DNA from: an uncultured bacterium | GTDB taxonomy: Bacteria; Myxococcota_A; Bradymonadia; UBA7976; VGTA01 | Length of the DNA: 64,000 nt | Direction: 5' to 3' | Assembly (NCBI GenBank): GCA_943788935.1 | Contig: CALSSE010000001.1 | Coordinates: 87,269-151,268, forward strand | Shown: one piece after another, positions 59,501 to 64,000 of the stretch | Layout: every line of letters begins with the position of its first letter | Numbering within the stretch: the stretch's first letter is position 1 | Position numbers and translations under genes: made by a program | The notes under the pieces: model-generated | Seen by the model: the letters and a program-made list of their open reading frames with translations, nothing else | What the model was told of the DNA's origin: nothing | Databases searched by the model: none

Positions 59501-60369
59501 CCTCTCAACTGATCCGTCGAGATGAGCGAGGGTGGATTCATTGGAGGCAGAGAGCCATTGGCACGCTAAAGAGGATCAGCTTTACCATCGAGAAGGCCGC
59601 TCGTGACGCCCGCCTCTCTACTGGCCAAACCGTTGGGATATTAGCCGCCAAGCATGTGGCTGACTTATTCCGATTCGCGCTCCAGCAAGAGACCCACCCT
59701 CAGTTCTCAGTGAAGAGTCCAATCGTTGATGCCCTGGCGTCAGAGATGAGGAGTGCGCTTGGTCATCGGGAGGTGATCATTGGGCATGTAGGGGCACATG
59801 ATATCGGCTCTAACCTCTTTAATGGCGTTGATCTTTTAGCCATGCTGGGCTCAAGTAAGCCCGATTGGGGATCAACGATTTCAGACTTGAGAGCGATCGG
59901 AGTGCCCGAGGATGAATGCGCTGAGGTGTATACCCATATTGTCTCCGCGAGAGATGTCCAAGGTCTCGCGAGAGCTCGACACCTTCGACGGCGAGGAGTA
60001 GGCTTACTCTATATCGGGGATATGCCTCCCCCTGTTGGACATGACCTCCCCGATGTTCGCTGGAGCCAAGAGGAGGCCGAGCATCTTAAGGTGAATGAGA
60101 CCCTACAAGGGACGGAGGCTCAGGCTTTCAATCTGTTAATGAGCCATGGCTTTATCACCGTCCCCATGCTGCGCACTGAGTTAGAGATGACTCGCGCGCG
60201 CGCAGAATCCGTCTGTAAAAGATTACAGCGTTGCTATGAACTCGTAGAGTGGGTTCATCGTAAGGGGGGGAGAGGTCGAGGGTCGAGAGCTTACGGAATG
60301 CCCGCCCATCACCCAGAGATGAGAGCGTCGGAGAGCCTCAAAGAGAGTGGGCGCTCTGATCATGATTAA
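56539..60369 (+). pseudogene. Primase/polymerase-like + PriCT-like + SF2 helicase + wHTH protein, interrupted by an in-frame TGA at 59368-59370
   Basis: ORFs 56539-59370 and 59656-60369 are in the same frame with no other stop between them. Motifs LDLD, KAHF, VQPHFTAAP; QRNQALYRAAC; TCGGGKT, IATH, VIDE, LDGTA; GSNLF, QGLARAR. Confidence 0.75.
59361..59405. repeat. Compound microsatellite (GGTGA)3(GGTTGA)5
   Basis: Read directly. The pentamer block places a TGA in all three frames; the hexamer block encodes (EV)n. Confidence 0.97.
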
Positions 60370-60471
60370 GGGATGCTTAATGACACAAGCATGACAGTCT
60401 TCGCCCCATGGAAACCTACATTAAATGGCTCAAATGAGCTATTATCTTGATGAGTCTCAGCGAGGAGAGCA

Positions 60472-60948
60472 ATGATGATAATCAGAGATATGCAGCCGGG
60501 AGATCTCCACAGAGTCTATGAGATCAACCAAGAGAACATACCCGCGGTCGGTGAAGAGAGTCTCGATCGCTTGGGGCAACTACGGGAGTACAGCTCGATC
60601 GCCCTAGTGATTGAGAGCGATGAGCAGGTTGTCGGTTTTTGTATCGTTCTTCCACATAGCACTCCTTATCAAAGCCCTAATTATTTGTACTTTTGTGAGA
60701 GATACACCGATTTAATCTACTTGGATAGAGTCGCGATCACCGCCGAATATCAAGGTCGAGGGTGGGGCGCTCAGTTATATCGTGTGGTAGAAGAGCGGTC
60801 GACAGCCTCATGGTTTGCGCTTGAGGTGAATGTGGTCCCTCCCAACGAAGGTTCGATTCGCTTCCATCAGCGACAGGGCTTTAAAGAGCTTTCTCAAGAA
60901 GAGACTCGCCCAGGCAAGATCGTCAGTATGATGGTGAAGGCTCTCTAA
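60472..60948 (+). CDS. GNAT family N-acetyltransferase
   Basis: AGGAG SD. YLDRVAI...QGRGWGAQLY, EVNVVPPNEGSIRFH...GF. Confidence 0.92.
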   Translation: MMIIRDMQPGDLHRVYEINQENIPAVGEESLDRLGQLREYSSIALVIESDEQVVGFCIVLPHSTPYQSPNYLYFCERYTDLIYLDRVAITAEYQGRGWGAQLYRVVEERSTASWFALEVNVVPPNEGSIRFHQRQGFKELSQEETRPGKIVSMMVKAL

Positions 60949-61075
60949 AGTAGCCGATAGAGCTTTATCTACTGGGTCGACCAAAGATCATTATTATAAA
61001 GATGACATTGAGCGCCTTTTATAATCATAATCACACTCATCATCCTCCTCATTGCATAGACTAAGGATAAACTTG

Positions 61076-64000
61076 ATGCCATCATGTTACACGTCTAATG
61101 ATCAACATCAGAGACTGACAGTGTCTGTCTCCGCTCTGTTGTTTTGTATTCTATCCCATGTGGTGCTGATCCTCTCTTTTGGGAGCGGCACTGCTTTCGC
61201 CAAGGTCTCTCCTCCTCCGGGACTTGAGGGATGGGCTCCATGGGTAAGTGAGGATTTAGATCATCTACAATGTGCGCAGCGTAGCAGCGGTCATTATTGT
61301 GTGTGGATGAGTGATCTAGAGATCGAAGTTCGAGGTCAGAGCGCGACCCTCAGCTACACCGTTCAGATGGGGAAAAGAGGGCTCGCTCCACTACTCGATG
61401 ATCATCGACTCTCTATCGGTGAGGTGAACTTAATCCATGATGATGGGCAGCCTGAACCACAAGTCGTGATTTGGCGAGATAAACGGGCTTGGGTGGAGCT
61501 CGCTAAAGGCCTGCATCATCTCCGCGCCTCGGTGACTTGGGATGAACAGATTAATTCGATCAAAATACCAAGAGATGTCGCTCGGGTGAAGCTCAGTGAT
61601 CAAGCTGGCGAGCGGTCATGGGTAGAGCGAGATCAAGAGGGGGCGGTCTGGCTAAAAGACCGAGCCACTAGAGCGGACAGCGTGAACAAAGAGCGCAAAA
61701 CCCACCCAGAGGCTACGGCGAAGATCTTTAGAGTTTGGCGAGATGAGATCCCTCTCAAAGTTGAGACTCATCTCCATCTTAATATCTCCGGTAAGCCAAG
61801 AGAGATCGTATTTGGTCAACTCTTACCTGCTGGGGCGATCGCTACTGATCTGGAGAGCGAGCTTGATGTCGATTGGGTCAGAGATGGTCTCAGAGTATAT
61901 GTACGTCCGGGTAAAGCGACGATTAAACTAAAAGCAGTATTCCCAAACCCAGTAACGACGCTGAGCGTGCCTAAAGTGACTGGTGGCGAGGTCGCGCCTC
62001 AAGAGGTTTGGGTGTGGCACAGCCAGGAGCTGTTGCGCAGTGTAAAACTCAGTGGACTTAACGAGGTTGACCCTGATTTTACAGCGCTTCCTGGGAAACT
62101 TCGTGGTGGGACCCATACTTGGTTAGCCTCCGCGGGAGAAAAGCTCGTAATCGAAGAGTTAAAGCGAGGCGTTAGTCGTCGTCCCTCCAATAAGTTAAGA
62201 TTAGAGAGATCCTTATGGCTCGACCTAGATGGGAGTGGTTACTCTGCTCGTGATAAAATTCATGGAGAGTTACGGGCGAGCTCACGGCTCAATGTGCTGA
62301 GCAAAGGGACTCTTGGACGGGCCTCGATGAGTTCGGATGGCCAAACTATCCCTTTGTTGATCACTCAAGATCATCCAGTCTCACAGCGGAACGGAAAAGG
62401 ACTGAACTCATCGGCGGATACTCCCGGACTCGAGGGACTAGAGCTCCGCGTTGAGCGATTAGATCTTGAAGCAGACTTTCGTTACTCGGAGCATAAAGCA
62501 GACATTCCCGCGCTTGATTGGTCAGAGTCAATGGAGTCTTTGATGGTTAAATTAAACCTCCCTCCAGGTTGGAAGCTCTTTACTGTGAGTGGAGCTGATC
62601 TATGCCCTGATGATTGGTTGACATCATGGGCCATGATCGATGTCTTCTTAGTCGCGTTAATCACCATTGGAGCTTATAAGCTCTTCGGCTTATTCTGGTC
62701 TATCATCGCCTTATTATGCTTAGTTCTCTTCCATGGAGATGCAGATTTTCACCTCGAGTGGCTAAGCCTCATCGTGGGATACTTCTTGCTTAGCAATGCT
62801 CTTGCCAATCGTCTATTTATGAAACTTATCTTAGTAGGGTTTTCTTTCGTTACGCTCCAATTTGTGGTCTTAACGCTTGATCTCTGCAAGACAGACATAC
62901 GCGTCGCGATCCACCCACAGGTTGATAAAGAGAACCTCGCGGGTTTTTCTTATGATAGTCATCATATGAATAGAAAGCCGTCAAAAAGTATCTCGCGGAT
63001 GAGTGAGGTACACATAAATGATGTCAGGGGATCTTGGAAAAAAAGTAAATATGGTGAAGTACAGGTTAACCGACAGCTGCAGTTACTCGATCAGAACACC
63101 GTCGTCCAAACTGGACCCGGGATCCCAAACTGGAGTTGGCGAGAACATGATATATATTTTGATAGCCCCGTAGAGTCTGGTCGAGCGATTACGATCACTC
63201 TGATTGAGCCCATTTGGCTTAGGACTCTCAGCGCCTCTCGTGCTCTTTTACTTCTCACCTTTTTGCTCTTCTTCCTCACTCGGCTTAGGAGACTTGATTG
63301 GCGACAACTTCGCGGAGAGCACTCCAATGAGTCGTTGAGTTCTCATAAAGCAGGCGCAACGCTCCTCGTCTTTACACTGATAACTTTAGGGGGAATGATC
63401 TCCGCTTCAGCTCAAGAGTCTTACCCCGTGCAAGACCCCGTGCAAGAACAACAGCAAGTGGTTGACGATGTGAACAACACTTTGAACGAGGGGGTGAAAG
63501 TAAACGAGAACTCGAACACTACTTTAAATCATCAGGTCAATCTTAATCAAACAGCCTCCCTTCGCCATAAGCGTCAAGACAGCTCGGTTAAAGCTAAAGA
63601 TAAGTCGTTGCTCTCTCTTCAGCCGACCGCTGAGTTGATGAAGGAGTGGAGAGAGCGGATGGTTGCTCAGAATCGCTGTCATGGTGAATGTATCTATCTT
63701 GGAGACATGAACCTCTCTCTTAAAGATCGGCTCATCGAGCTCACAGTGATGGTTCATGCAGAGCGCGATAGCTTTGTTATATTACCGGGAACGATCAATG
63801 ATGTTCAGTGGAAGGTAGTGACCGTAAAAGAGAGCTCTTTACCGCTTCGAGTAGAGATCGGTAAGGGAGATACTTCGGGGGGATACATCACCGCTCGAGT
63901 TCCTCGCGGCGTTCATTTGCTAAAGGCTTGGGGGTCAGTCTTAGAGGTCAACAGCTTTGACTTGGCGATTCATGATCTCCCCAAGAGGCTTGAGGTCTCT
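61076..64000 (+). CDS. Very large conserved hypothetical membrane/secreted protein, 3'-truncated by the window edge
   Basis: AAGGA SD and ATG 61076. The frame was open wherever checked (61076-61600, 61742, 63002, 63902-64000) and is absent from the track, consistent with no stop in the window. Signal peptide, WAPWV...C...CVW, LNLPPGWKL, a TM cluster, VQTGPGIPNWSW. Confidence 0.8.
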   Translation, partial: MPSCYTSNDQHQRLTVSVSALLFCILSHVVLILSFGSGTAFAKVSPPPGLEGWAPWVSEDLDHLQCAQRSSGHYCVWMSDLEIEVRGQSATLSYTVQMGKRGLAPLLDDHRLSIGEVNLIHDDGQPEPQVVIWRDKRAWVELAKGLHHLRASVTWDEQINSIKIPRDVARVKLSDQAGERSWVERDQEGAVWLKDRATRADSVNKERKTHPEATAKIFRVWRDEIPLKVETHLHLNISGKPREIVFGQLLPAGAIATDLESELDVDWVRDGLRVYVRPGKATIKLKAVFPNPVTTLSVPKVTGGEVAPQEVWVWHSQELLRSVKLSGLNEVDPDFTALPGKLRGGTHTWLASAGEKLVIEELKRGVSRRPSNKLRLERSLWLDLDGSGYSARDKIHGELRASSRLNVLSKGTLGRASMSSDGQTIPLLITQDHPVSQRNGKGLNSSADTPGLEGLELRVERLDLEADFRYSEHKADIPALDWSESMESLMVKLNLPPGWKLFTVSGADLCPDDWLTSWAMIDVFLVALITIGAYKLFGLFWSIIALLCLVLFHGDADFHLEWLSLIVGYFLLSNALANRLFMKLILVGFSFVTLQFVVLTLDLCKTDIRVAIHPQVDKENLAGFSYDSHHMNRKPSKSISRMSEVHINDVRGSWKKSKYGEVQVNRQLQLLDQNTVVQTGPGIPNWSWREHDIYFDSPVESGRAITITLIEPIWLRTLSASRALLLLTFLLFFLTRLRRLDWRQLRGEHSNESLSSHKAGATLLVFTLITLGGMISASAQESYPVQDPVQEQQQVVDDVNNTLNEGVKVNENSNTTLNHQVNLNQTASLRHKRQDSSVKAKDKSLLSLQPTAELMKEWRERMVAQNRCHGECIYLGDMNLSLKDRLIELTVMVHAERDSFVILPGTINDVQWKVVTVKESSLPLRVEIGKGDTSGGYITARVPRGVHLLKAWGSVLEVNSFDLAIHDLPKRLEVS

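Noticed and set aside
56346-60471. Integrated mobile element bounded by att sites around the replicase-like gene
   Set aside because: No flanking direct or inverted repeats, tRNA, integrase or composition shift were seen, so it is not called as a mobile element.
1-64000. rRNA, tRNA, IS elements and the remaining short (60-110 aa) ORF-track entries
   Set aside because: No cloverleaf or rRNA signatures and no transposase motifs were seen by eye. The short ORFs overlap longer, well-supported genes in other frames.

Overview
A gene-dense chromosomal window of about 48-52% GC. The many Cys-rich lipoproteins, TPR/PEGA proteins, ECF sigma/anti-sigma pair and kinase/PP2C fusion suggest a Myxococcota or deltaproteobacterial genome (inference). 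Recognisable housekeeping genes are tsaD, rsmA, ribA, class I fumarate hydratase, prolyl oligopeptidase, mrp/apbC, a PaaI thioesterase, a GNAT and a nadD fused to a Rossmann-like/DUF2520 domain. About eight secreted lipoproteins with low-complexity linkers lie among them. I saw no rRNA, tRNA, cas gene, integrase or transposase. Main unexplained structures: (1) a 3.8-kb primase/polymerase-like + SF2 (DinG/XPD-like) helicase + wHTH reading frame (56539-60369), cut by one in-frame TGA inside a (GGTGA)3(GGTTGA)5 microsatellite; (2) four 24-bp palindromes between convergent genes (24447-24707), with gaps of 81, 55 and 29 bp; (3) a cluster of +1 frameshifts at 35.9-39.8 kb that splits mrp, a TPR protein and a Zn-finger/beta-propeller protein, either pseudogenisation or a local sequencing artefact; (4) many 11-17-bp tandem duplications in coding and non-coding DNA. 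A large membrane-protein gene (61076 to beyond 64000) runs off the window and is missing from the ORF track. All family assignments come from motif recognition by eye; no database searches were run.
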